From Firmicutes bacterium UBA5286 (GTDB taxonomy: Bacteria; Bacillota; Proteinivoracia; UBA4975), in the NCBI GenBank assembly GCA_002408465.1, contig DHSM01000008.1, positions 3,187-67,186 on the forward strand: a stretch of 64,000 nt of DNA, in the 5' to 3' direction. A program made the translations under genes and the position numbers. The notes under the pieces are model-generated. The model saw only the letters and a list, made by a program, of their open reading frames with translations. It made no database searches and was not told the origin of the DNA. Shown piece after piece: positions 49,784-58,499 of the stretch; within the stretch, counting starts at the first letter, position 1; every line of letters begins with the position of its first letter.

Positions 49784-50920
49784 TCAAATTTGTCGGCCTG
49801 CCAGGAAAATCCGCATAGCCCGCCCTGCCGCCGCCTCAAGCAGGCTGTCTGCTTGTGCCAGAGCCTGCTCCAAAGGCATGGGACCCGGGACAATGGGCTG
49901 CACTGCCGTTACTCCCGCACTATAAACCTCTTGGTAACCCGGGCCGAGAGCGCCGCAGAGGGCGATGACGGGAACATTTGCCTGTCCAGCCAATCTGGCG
50001 ATGCCGGACAGAGCCTTGCCCATGACAGACTGGCCGTCTATCTTGCCTTCACCGGTAAAGACCAGGTCTGCCCCCTGCAGATGGGAGGCGAAATTGATGG
50101 TGTCCAGGACCAGTTCAATGCCTGGCCGCACTACAACCGGGGAGATGATGCTCAAGCCTGCAGCTAGCCCCCCGGCGGCGCCGCTGCCGGGAAAGGAGGC
50201 AATGTCCTTGCCGACAGAATTCCGGACAACCTCAGCCAGCCTGGTCAAGGCCTGCTCCAAAACAGATACCATTGCCGGGTCGGCGCCCTTCTGGGGCCCA
50301 AATATCGCTGCTGCCCCCCGGGGCCCCAGCAGAGGATTGTCTACATCGCTGGCAACCTCAATCCTGGTCTTGGCCAGCCGCGGGTCAATATTATTAGTAT
50401 CTATAGTATGCAAGTCCAAGAGTCCCTGGGCATTAGGCGATATTTCCCTGCCACGTTCATCGAGCAGCGCTGCCCCCAAAACAGCTAGGGCGCCTGCGCC
50501 GCCGTCATTGGTGGCGCTGCCGCCAACTCCCAGAATAATCCGGGTGCAGCCTTGGTCAAGGGCGGCTCTTATTAGCTGGCCTGTGCCCAAGGTGCTGGTC
50601 AACAACGGATTGCGGCGGGGGAGCGGGACTAGGGGCAATCCGGAAGCCGCTGCCATCTCGATGACCCCGGTGCCGTCAGGGAGAATGCCCCAGGGGGCGC
50701 AAACTTCATCTCCCAGGGGGCCGCTTACCGCAGTCGAGACCAACCGGCCCCCAGCTGCCTTAACCAGGGCTTCGACAGTGCCCTCGCCTCCGTCGGCAAT
50801 GGGCAGGAGCACTGTTTCGGCGGCAGGCAGGACATCCCTGATGCCCCTGGCGATGGCCTCGGCGGCTTTAGCGGCACTAATGCTCTCTTTAAAGGAATCC
50901 GGCGCAATCAGGATTTTCAA
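49784..50920 (-). CDS. glxK: Glycerate kinase
   Basis: [39 protein letters not shown]. Confidence 0.95.
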   Translation of the reverse strand: MKILIAPDSFKESISAAKAAEAIARGIRDVLPAAETVLLPIADGGEGTVEALVKAAGGRLVSTAVSGPLGDEVCAPWGILPDGTGVIEMAAASGLPLVPLPRRNPLLTSTLGTGQLIRAALDQGCTRIILGVGGSATNDGGAGALAVLGAALLDERGREISPNAQGLLDLHTIDTNNIDPRLAKTRIEVASDVDNPLLGPRGAAAIFGPQKGADPAMVSVLEQALTRLAEVVRNSVGKDIASFPGSGAAGGLAAGLSIISPVVVRPGIELVLDTINFASHLQGADLVFTGEGKIDGQSVMGKALSGIARLAGQANVPVIALCGALGPGYQEVYSAGVTAVQPIVPGPMPLEQALAQADSLLEAAAGRAMRIFLAGRQI

Positions 50921-50989
50921 GTCATATCCTCCTTCGCTATAACAGGGGGTTAGCGATTAGTTCCAGCTCCCCCAACAACATCTTCCTGG

Positions 50990-51817
50990 TCAACTCGATA
51001 TAAGCGCCCAAATCTGCACAAGCGCCATTCCCCCGGCCAGAGCCAACAAAAAGCTCAGCAGCGTTCCCACCAAGTAGTATTCGGCGAACTGTTTTTTAGA
51101 GAGTTCGCTAAAGCGGGCGATGGATTTGGCGGCAAACACGACGCTTATTGCAGAAATATTCCCCGTCACTGTTAAGGTAAGTATGAGGATACGCTCTAAA
51201 ATCCCTATGTATTTCCCTGCAGCTACTTCCTTTCCTTGCTCATCAGCGACGGGATTCGGGACTTTATCCAATTCCTTTCTCTGGTCATCGTCTATGTAAC
51301 CCGGGGGGAAGACTTGATCCAGGGCGAAGCGGATTAGAACTGCGCCACCAAAGGCCACCAGGGTATAGACCGCCAGCCCGGAAACAACCCTTTCTGCCCC
51401 TGGGAACTGGCCCAAAGGGGCAAGCACTCCTGCATAGAATCCGGCAACCGCTGTATCCACGGGCCTGTCCAAAAGGCGCCATGCCCAGAGCAAAGTTAAT
51501 AGGTGCAAGGCCTGATCGATTAGCAGCCCTGGTACCCCGGGCTGTGCCTCCCTCTTCAAGATTTTAGCGTAGAGGGTGCGGCCAATGTTTTTCAGCCAGT
51601 CCAGGGCTACATGCGCCGCAGTCACCAGTCCCGCTGCCAAGAGGGCACTCTTCCAACCGTAAAAGTGAACTGCTACAAAGGTACATATTAACACGGCTAA
51701 ACCGTGGCTGGCGTATCCCTGCCACTTATTCTCGCACTTGGTAGCGCTAATCCCATTGGTCTGAAGGATAAAGTCCGCCAGACCATGGGCCAATACCAGT
51801 AGCCAAAAAAACAGCAT
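50990..51817 (-). CDS. DUF3307 membrane protein
   Basis: AHGLADFILQT, AHVALD, DQALH, IGILERIL, AAKSIARF, EYYLVGTLLS. Confidence 0.85.
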   Translation of the reverse strand: MLFFWLLVLAHGLADFILQTNGISATKCENKWQGYASHGLAVLICTFVAVHFYGWKSALLAAGLVTAAHVALDWLKNIGRTLYAKILKREAQPGVPGLLIDQALHLLTLLWAWRLLDRPVDTAVAGFYAGVLAPLGQFPGAERVVSGLAVYTLVAFGGAVLIRFALDQVFPPGYIDDDQRKELDKVPNPVADEQGKEVAAGKYIGILERILILTLTVTGNISAISVVFAAKSIARFSELSKKQFAEYYLVGTLLSFLLALAGGMALVQIWALISS

Positions 51818-51830
51818 TGTTTTCCCCTCC

Positions 51831-51877
51831 TCACCTCTTAGTGGGTGATATTTACCATCTCACCTTGTTTAGGGTGA
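51831..51877. promoter_or_regulatory. Two 18-bp palindromic boxes between satD and DUF3307
   Basis: TCACCTCTTAGTGGGTGA (51831) and TCACCTTGTTTAGGGTGA (51860). Confidence 0.6.
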
Positions 51878-52483
51878 TTTAAGCAAGCCTTCCGCCTGGG
51901 ATAAGCCCTGCTCAGCCTGGCGTATTTGCTGCCAATGGGCTGCCTTGCAGCGTTTTTGGACGTTCTGGGCCGCTACCCCCAGGATTTTTGCTGCAGCGGC
52001 ATAGGTCCCCGCCTGCTCATAGGTCATTACCGCCTCCCACTGCCCCGGAGTCCACCGGGACATCAGGGTATCGAAAAGGAGCCAGACGGAATTGATTAAG
52101 GTATCCAACCCGTCTTCCCCGGTCACTACCCGGGTTGCGGGGTCCTTACTGGCGGCAATGCTCTCCAGGGCCTTCCGGGCCCGGAAAAAGGCGGGACCGC
52201 TTAATTTCCAGGGGTCAGCCTCAAGCCTGCCATCATAGTACCCTGTCCCAATGCCAACCCGCAGTTTATGGGGCAGGCAACGCCAGCGCAGCATCCGTAC
52301 CAACTGGGGTGCCGAAAGCCACCCAGACATTATCCCCTGCACTTCATCTCCCCGGGAAACAGCGAAGGGGACCAGCAGAGCGGGATGGGCAAGCTCGTTG
52401 AGACTGCGGGTCAGGGTATCCTGATTCAGCCCGGCCTTTCGGGAACCAATTACATCCGCAGTAAGTACAGTTATTTTTCGCAT
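51869..52483 (-). CDS. satD: SatD family protein (cyclase-like palm domain + C-terminal HTH)
   Basis: VLTADVIGSR, SRGDEVQG, LRVGIGTG, GPAFFRARKAL, AAAAKILGVAAQNVQKR. Confidence 0.82.
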   Translation of the reverse strand: MRKITVLTADVIGSRKAGLNQDTLTRSLNELAHPALLVPFAVSRGDEVQGIMSGWLSAPQLVRMLRWRCLPHKLRVGIGTGYYDGRLEADPWKLSGPAFFRARKALESIAASKDPATRVVTGEDGLDTLINSVWLLFDTLMSRWTPGQWEAVMTYEQAGTYAAAAKILGVAAQNVQKRCKAAHWQQIRQAEQGLSQAEGLLKSP

Positions 52484-52487
52484 AAAA

Positions 52488-52562
52488 ACACCCCCGGTAG
52501 GGTTAACCTTCATGTTTAACCCTCTTGAGGGTGATATTCTCCAATTAGCGAAAAAATCCTGC
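52488..52562 (-). promoter_or_regulatory. SigH-type promoter with two 18-bp boxes upstream of satD
   Basis: Minus strand GCAGGA-N17-GAAT (52562-52536); boxes at 52517-52534 and 52488-52505. Confidence 0.6.
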
Positions 52563-52718
52563 TGGGCGCGTGATCTATCCCTTACGTGCTGCAAATTCGC
52601 GGTTGAATTTTACAGCAGATTGGGTAGCTCCCCCTTTCCCAGGAGGGTTAGTGTTCCCAATTGCCCTTCTTTGTGCTATACTTCTATATATCACGCTAGA
52701 GCTTATAAGGAGATTGCC

Positions 52719-52927
52719 ATGTTCATTCGTTCTTAACATCCAGTAATTATATACTGGCCTGGATTGCCCTCAACTTGAGGTTTGTTTGCATGCAATCCGG
52801 GAGGTTAAGAACAACAAACAGCAGTCTTTTAATATTGCTACTGTGCCAAAGACACAGTATGACTCTGGAGCCTAAGGCCCCAGAGCGCCCACGGCTGCAT
52901 GTGAAGTCTGTTCACAGCGGCTTTTTT
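52719..52927 (+). promoter_or_regulatory. Putative uORF-controlled transcription attenuator
   Basis: AAGGAG RBS + MFIRS* (52719-52736), alternative pairings, hairpin + U-tract ending 52927 just before the APH gene RBS. Confidence 0.6.
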
Positions 52928-52944
52928 ATTTGGAGGTGTAAAGA

Positions 52945-53832
52945 ATGAACGAATTCAAATTCACAAGTAAAGAGCTCATCAACAAAGGTTGGTCGGGTGA
53001 TAAAAAATACTGTGTCACCTCTGCCAAGGGCACAAAATATCTGCTGCGCCTATCTCCTGCTAAACAATATGAGCGTAAAAAGTCAGAATTTGAAATGATG
53101 AAGCATGCGGCTTCACTCGGAATTCCAATGTCCAAGCCCGTTGCATTCGGGACCTGTGACGAAGGCGTTTATTCCCTGCAAAGCTGGATTGAGGGTGTGG
53201 ATGCGGAGGAAGTCATCCCGACTTTCCCCGACACAGAGGTGTATGTATACGGTCTTGAAGCCGGACGAATCCTGAAACAGATTCATTCAATACCGGCACC
53301 GGAAACACAGGAGGTTTGGGAAATCCGCTTTAACCGCAAGATCGACCGCAATATTCAGAGGTATTCTGACTGCCCAATCAAATATGAAGGCGGACAGGCT
53401 TGTGTCAATTATATAATCGCCAACCGGCATTTGCTTGCTGATCGGCCCCAGTGCTATCAGCACGGAGATTATCATATCGGCAATATGTTGATTGATAAAA
53501 ACGGCAAACTTCAAATTATCGACTTTGACCGTTATGATTACGGCGATCCGTGGGAAGAGTTCAACCGTATTGTCTGGTGTGCCCAAAAGTCACCGTTGTT
53601 CGCTTCGGGCATGGTAAACGGCTATTTTGACGGTGAAGTGCCAATGGAGTTCTGGCGATTGCTTGCGCTATACATCTCAAGCAATACGCTTGCCTCCGTG
53701 CCTTGGGCTATCCCCTTCGGGCAGGAGGAAATCGATACGATGCTGAATCTGGCGAAGGAAGTATTGCAGTGGTACGACAACATGCAAAACCCTGTTCCGA
53801 CATGGTATTTCAAGGGCAACTATGCGCATTAA
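52945..53832 (+). CDS. Aminoglycoside phosphotransferase (APH/choline kinase-like) family protein
   Basis: KGWSGDKKY, HGDYHIGN, IIDFDR. Confidence 0.88.
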   Translation: MNEFKFTSKELINKGWSGDKKYCVTSAKGTKYLLRLSPAKQYERKKSEFEMMKHAASLGIPMSKPVAFGTCDEGVYSLQSWIEGVDAEEVIPTFPDTEVYVYGLEAGRILKQIHSIPAPETQEVWEIRFNRKIDRNIQRYSDCPIKYEGGQACVNYIIANRHLLADRPQCYQHGDYHIGNMLIDKNGKLQIIDFDRYDYGDPWEEFNRIVWCAQKSPLFASGMVNGYFDGEVPMEFWRLLALYISSNTLASVPWAIPFGQEEIDTMLNLAKEVLQWYDNMQNPVPTWYFKGNYAH

Positions 53833-53932
53833 CAGGCAGCAATCAATAGGGCAGTTTATTGATGAATGGGAGGCTGCATTATGAACGGAATCAGGGTAAA
53901 AAAGATAGAGAAATTATACAGAGGTGATTTAT

Positions 53933-55648
53933 ATGCTATTGCGCTGCATTGACATAGAAAAGAGTTTCGGCGATTTATCCATCCTGAAAGGTGTATCCCT
54001 GGAAATTCGCCGGGGTGAGAAAATTGGCCTGGTGGGCAGCAACGGGGCCGGCAAAAGCACCTTGGCCAATATCATTTTCGGGGAGATGGCAGCTGATGCC
54101 GGCACAATCCTGCGCTATGACCAGGATATTCGGGTTGGCTACCTGCGCCAGGCTGCCGCTTATTCCCTTAATACCCTGAACGCCGTTCTGGCTGAACGCT
54201 CGGAGAGTTTTCTTGAGACCGCCAGTCAAATGGGCCTCAACCAAGTGGCCCGCTGGGATGAAGAGAGATTTCAAGCTTTAAGCGGCGGCGAAAAGACCAA
54301 GCTGGCTCTGGCCCAGGTGTGGACCTCCCGTCCGGATCTGCTCATTCTTGACGAGCCCACCAACCACATGGACATTCACGGGGTGGAGTGGCTGGCCGAG
54401 GAGATGAAAAAATACCAGGGGGCCGCCCTGATAATCTCCCACGACCGCTGGTTTCTGGATCAGGCAGTAACTCGCATTTATGAGCTGGAGTGGGGGAAGG
54501 CAAAAGAGTACCCGGGCAATTATTCCTTCTACCGGCAGGAAAAGCAGCGGCAATTTGCCAGCCAGCTTCACCGCTACCATACAGAGCAAAAGGAGCAGCG
54601 TCAGATTGAAGTGGAGATAACCCGGCTTAAACAGTGGTCTGCCAAAGCTCATCGGGAAGCAGGGAAGACAGATGAACATCTCAAAGAGTATGGCCGCAAA
54701 AAAGCAAAGCTCCGTGACCAGCAAATAAAGTCAAGGATTAAGATGCTGGAAAGGAAAAAAAGCGAAGGCACAAAGCGTCCCCGGGAGGAAAGCAGGCCGC
54801 AATTTGAGTTTGAGGCTGCAGGCAAACGGGGCCGGCGCATCATCGAGGCTACAGGCCTTAGTAAGAGCTATGGGCAGAAGACTCTCTTCACTAACAGCGA
54901 TTTCTTTATCCAGCGGGGAGAAAAGCTGGGGTTGATCGGTCCCAACGGCTGCGGCAAGACCACCCTTATTCGCATCATCTTAAATCAGGAGACACAAGAC
55001 AGGGGGGAACTGTGGCTGAGTCCCTCCTTAAAGCCCGGCTGCTTGAGCCAGGATATTACAGACATTGACACAGAAAAAAACGCCCTGGAGATAATGGGAG
55101 TAAGCCAAAAGGATGAAGTTACCCAGGTCAGAACTATGCTGGCCAATATGGGTTTTGATGCCGCCATGGTTGCAAAACCGGCGGCAAAGCTAAGCCTGGG
55201 CGAGCGGACCCGGCTCAAGCTGGCCGCAATGATAATCCAGCAAAACGACCTGTTAATCCTGGACGAACCCACTAATCACCTGGATCTCCACAGCCGGGAG
55301 ATGTTGGAGGAAACCCTGTTGGATTACGACGGCACCATCATTATTGCTTCCCATGACCGCTACCTGCTGGAGCGGGTCTGTGATAAGCTGCTGGTCTTTG
55401 CCGACGGGACCATCACCAAGCTGGCTTATGGTTTCAAGGAATATAAGCGAAAAACTGAAGAGACAGTAACAGGAACAGGACTAAAAACAAAAGCTGAAAC
55501 AGACAAAGAGAACTTACTGGTAATAGAGACAAGGATGGCCTGGATTGTCAACGAGCTGGGCAAATACACCCCTGAAGAAGAACAGTACTTTGAACTGGAT
55601 CAGGAGTTTCAAAAACTTGTCCAAAAAAAGAGAGAACTGAGCCAATAA
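53933..55648 (+). CDS. ABC-F ATPase, probable ribosomal protection protein
   Basis: Two ABC domains (GSNGAGKS, GPNGCGKT, LILDEPTNH twice), long interdomain linker, no TM segments, C-terminal coiled extension. Confidence 0.88.
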   Translation: MLLRCIDIEKSFGDLSILKGVSLEIRRGEKIGLVGSNGAGKSTLANIIFGEMAADAGTILRYDQDIRVGYLRQAAAYSLNTLNAVLAERSESFLETASQMGLNQVARWDEERFQALSGGEKTKLALAQVWTSRPDLLILDEPTNHMDIHGVEWLAEEMKKYQGAALIISHDRWFLDQAVTRIYELEWGKAKEYPGNYSFYRQEKQRQFASQLHRYHTEQKEQRQIEVEITRLKQWSAKAHREAGKTDEHLKEYGRKKAKLRDQQIKSRIKMLERKKSEGTKRPREESRPQFEFEAAGKRGRRIIEATGLSKSYGQKTLFTNSDFFIQRGEKLGLIGPNGCGKTTLIRIILNQETQDRGELWLSPSLKPGCLSQDITDIDTEKNALEIMGVSQKDEVTQVRTMLANMGFDAAMVAKPAAKLSLGERTRLKLAAMIIQQNDLLILDEPTNHLDLHSREMLEETLLDYDGTIIIASHDRYLLERVCDKLLVFADGTITKLAYGFKEYKRKTEETVTGTGLKTKAETDKENLLVIETRMAWIVNELGKYTPEEEQYFELDQEFQKLVQKKRELSQ

Positions 55649-55693
55649 ATCTTCCTTGAACTCAGCATCTGAAAAGTGTATAATACAGCCATT

Positions 55694-55768
55694 GGGGCTG
55701 TAGCTCAGTGGGAGAGCGCTTGACTCACATTCAAGAGGCCGCAGGTTCGAAACCCGCCAGCCCCACCA
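55694..55768 (+). tRNA. tRNA-Val (CAC)
   Basis: Cloverleaf, CTTGA-CT-CAC-AT-TCAAG anticodon arm, GGTTCGAAACC, CCA end. Confidence 0.95.
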
Positions 55769-55780
55769 TAAAAGTCCTTG

Positions 55781-55812
55781 AACCTCAGGTGGTATCTACA
55801 CCTGGGGTTTTT
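55781..55812 (+). terminator. Terminator after tRNA-Val
   Basis: AACCTCAGGTG-loop-CACCTGGGGTTTTT. Confidence 0.75.
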
Positions 55813-55909
55813 ATTTCCCCCGAAAAAAAATGAGAGAAATACGGGTTTGACGAAATTTTGACGGAATTAGGTTTTGAGATGTCATTTTCACCTCGCGGCT
55901 AAGTAATCA

Positions 55910-56932
55910 TCAATCCAATTTCAACCACAATTTTACTTCAGGTACAGGCCGATTTAGCTGTTCTGCAATTTCATCAATTGTCTTGAGTCCACCTCGATAC
56001 CATTTCCTTGCCCGGTTTTGCATTGCGCTGTATCTGTTCGCACATGGGGTATTCTTGACGGGAATATCGCTGTATTCTGGGCAGAATTTTTGGCGAGATG
56101 AAGTGGAGGCAAATTTTTTGCCACAAAAAAGGCATTCCTTGAACACTTGTTTTCCAGGAATTCTTGTGACTAGATTATAAATCTGTAACCATATAGCTCC
56201 AAGCAAGTTTGTAGATATATATCCAGGATAGAAATTACCGTCTTTGTCAAGTTCCGCAAAGGGAGATACTGATTTAAGGTTGGAACTAAGGGTTCGGACA
56301 ATAATCATCTGTATTATATCTTCAAAACGTGTGTTCAGGTATTCCCTTCTAGGTTGCCAATAGCTAGGGTTATAGTGTTCCAGTAACTCAAATTGTTCTG
56401 TCTCAGTGAAAATTGCTCCAGCTTTAATATCCTCGAGGATGAAAAACCCATCAACGATAGTTTTTATTTCTATTACAGAGTTAATAAAAAAATTTCGTGA
56501 CTCCAAAATACCCTCCATATTCGAGCATCTATTTGTTGGAGTTATATTAGATAGGCTTGACATCTGATCCAAGGGCCCATACTCATTATAAAAGGCAATA
56601 GATTCGTCCGTGTTTCGAGGATCTATGTTAAGAATTTTAAATAGGATGGACTCATCTTCGAAGGGAACATACGTCCTTGTGGGCATCTGGAGCGTATTTT
56701 TTGAGGGGTTGCTTATACTCTTAACTAAAGCAGGTTGTTGGTTCTGATTATTAGAGAGAAATTTCTGGAATTCATCAGTCTCTGTATACCATTGGGCAAC
56801 AAAATAATCCTCTTGAATTTTGCCCATACGAAGATTCTCAACAATAATATATGGAGCATGAACAATTTGATGGGCTTTATAACTGAATGTAAAGCTCCGT
56901 GATGGTGCTGTTATACAATTTTTTGAACTCAT
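55910..56932 (-). CDS. Hypothetical protein with CGNR-like zinc finger and C-terminal HTH-like tail
   Basis: CLFCGKKF...QKFC...CANR; tail TIDEIAEQLNRPVPEVKLWL. Confidence 0.7.
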   Translation of the reverse strand: MSSKNCITAPSRSFTFSYKAHQIVHAPYIIVENLRMGKIQEDYFVAQWYTETDEFQKFLSNNQNQQPALVKSISNPSKNTLQMPTRTYVPFEDESILFKILNIDPRNTDESIAFYNEYGPLDQMSSLSNITPTNRCSNMEGILESRNFFINSVIEIKTIVDGFFILEDIKAGAIFTETEQFELLEHYNPSYWQPRREYLNTRFEDIIQMIIVRTLSSNLKSVSPFAELDKDGNFYPGYISTNLLGAIWLQIYNLVTRIPGKQVFKECLFCGKKFASTSSRQKFCPEYSDIPVKNTPCANRYSAMQNRARKWYRGGLKTIDEIAEQLNRPVPEVKLWLKLD

Positions 56933-56960
56933 TTCGAACTCCTTTCAACCTCAAAATAGT

Positions 56961-56993
56961 TAAGGATAAGATAAGGATAAGATAAGGATAAAA
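56961..56993. repeat. 3 x 11-bp tandem repeat in the divergent control region
   Basis: TAAGGATAAGA TAAGGATAAGA TAAGGATAAAA. Confidence 0.85.
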
Positions 56994-57060
56994 TCTCTAG
57001 ACTTCCCTTACTCGAAAGTATATCATTCTCCTAAAGCATGTTCAAGGAGGAGGACAAGTA

Positions 57061-57276
57061 ATGCTTAGATTGACATTGGAACGACGGAAACGGAATCTCA
57101 CGAGGGCAAAGTTAGGTGCGTTGGCAGACATTCATCCAAGCGAAATTGGAAGAATAGAAAGTGGGCGGCTAAAGCCCTACGACCCCTGGATTCTACGCCT
57201 AGAGAAGGTGCTTGGCGTTCCTGGGGACGAGCTCTTTGAGGAAGTAGACGACATTGACAACGGACAGTGCGGTTAG
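57061..57276 (+). CDS. XRE/Cro-like HTH protein
   Basis: LTRAKLGALADIHPSEIGRIESG; AGGAGG RBS. Confidence 0.85.
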   Translation: MLRLTLERRKRNLTRAKLGALADIHPSEIGRIESGRLKPYDPWILRLEKVLGVPGDELFEEVDDIDNGQCG

Positions 57277-57285
57277 AGGAGGTGG

Positions 57286-57492
57286 ATGAGGATGGAAGCT
57301 CTAAAACCGCAAAAAAAACTTACCTATTCAGTTATTGAGGTGGCAAAGATGTTGGGTATCAGTCGTGGTAAGGCATATGAACTAGTTAACAGTCGCAATG
57401 GTCCTGCTGCATTCAGGGTAGGCAATAGGATCCTTATTCCTGAGGTAGCACTGGAGAGGTGGGTCAATGAGCAAGCTAAAATCGGTGGTTAA
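57286..57492 (+). CDS. Excisionase-like HTH_17 protein
   Basis: YSVIEVAKMLGISRGKAYELV...RVGNRILIP. Confidence 0.85.
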   Translation: MRMEALKPQKKLTYSVIEVAKMLGISRGKAYELVNSRNGPAAFRVGNRILIPEVALERWVNEQAKIGG

Positions 57493-57610
57493 CTTACCGT
57501 GCCGAAAGTCCCGCCAGTCATCCACGGTTTTTCCCTGCGCCAAAGTGGGTTGTCTATATTTATGGGAATGGGCAATTGCCGAGGTTGTTGAGGAGAAAGG
57601 AAAGTGAGGT

Positions 57611-58498
57611 ATGAGAGGAGGATATTATTCATTGCCGAAGATACTCTTCACAAATGCTTTCCCCACGATAGGGTTACCTGCCAAAGTGCTTTATGCCATG
57701 ATACTGGACAGGCTATCTTTGTCAGAGAAGAACAATTGGAAAGACCCAAACCGAGACACGTTTGCTTTATTTTCCCGGGAAGAAATGGCGCGATTTCTAG
57801 GGGTGAGCCGACCTACAGCAACCAAGGCTCTCGGGGAACTAAAAGCTGCAGGGTTGATTCGGGAAGTATCTCAGGGCAAGAACAGGCCAACAAGGCTATA
57901 TATTGAGGGAAAGAATCTTTCCTTCACAGCAGAGGCTGAGGGAAAGGAAGTTTCCCTCACAAATGACCCTGAGGGAAAGAATTTTTCTTCTGAGGGAAAG
58001 ATTTTTTCGTCTGAGGGAAAAGAATTTGCCCCGAGTAACTTAAAAGAACAACTTAATCTAGTAACTTTAAAAAAAGAAAGTACTGCGCCTAGCTGTGCCG
58101 TAGCTGAGCCTAGCAATGCAGTTTCTATATCACCCGATAGACAGAACGACGAGGTGCCTTATGAACAAATTGTAGAACTCTACCTCCGGTATTGTCCCTG
58201 TATGCCGAAGGTCGGGAAAATTAGGGAAGAAACAAAAAAGAAAATAAGAGCACGTTGGCAGGAATGCCAGGACCTTGACGCTTGGACTGATTACTTTAAG
58301 AAAGCTGGACAATCTGACTTTCTAAATGGTAGGAGTGGGAAAAATTATAGAGCTAATTTCACTTGGTTGCTTAGCAGAGATAATATGGCCAAGGTGTTAG
58401 ATGGTCGGTACGACAACGACGATTACCCGTATTGGGCAGCCAGGGAGCGCCAAATAGCTCTGGATGCTCAAGAATTACAGTATAAGGAGGTAACATGA
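57611..58498 (+). CDS. Replication initiator (RepA_N-like wHTH + phage-like C-terminal domain)
   Basis: YYSLPKILF..AKVLYAMILDRLSLS..NNWKD; C-terminal ANFTWLL...KVLDGRY. Confidence 0.82.
   Translation: MRGGYYSLPKILFTNAFPTIGLPAKVLYAMILDRLSLSEKNNWKDPNRDTFALFSREEMARFLGVSRPTATKALGELKAAGLIREVSQGKNRPTRLYIEGKNLSFTAEAEGKEVSLTNDPEGKNFSSEGKIFSSEGKEFAPSNLKEQLNLVTLKKESTAPSCAVAEPSNAVSISPDRQNDEVPYEQIVELYLRYCPCMPKVGKIREETKKKIRARWQECQDLDAWTDYFKKAGQSDFLNGRSGKNYRANFTWLLSRDNMAKVLDGRYDNDDYPYWAARERQIALDAQELQYKEVT
57904..58021 (+). repeat. Five iteron-like TGAGGGAAA(G/A) repeats inside rep (putative origin)
   Basis: Copies at 57904, 57937, 57970, 57991, 58012 (spacing 33, 33, 21, 21), followed by an AT-rich tract. 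Confidence 0.8.
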
Positions 58499-58499
58499 G

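Noticed and set aside
49965..50942. 325-aa plus-strand ORF
   Set aside because: Pro/Ala/Ser-rich antisense shadow of glycerate kinase.
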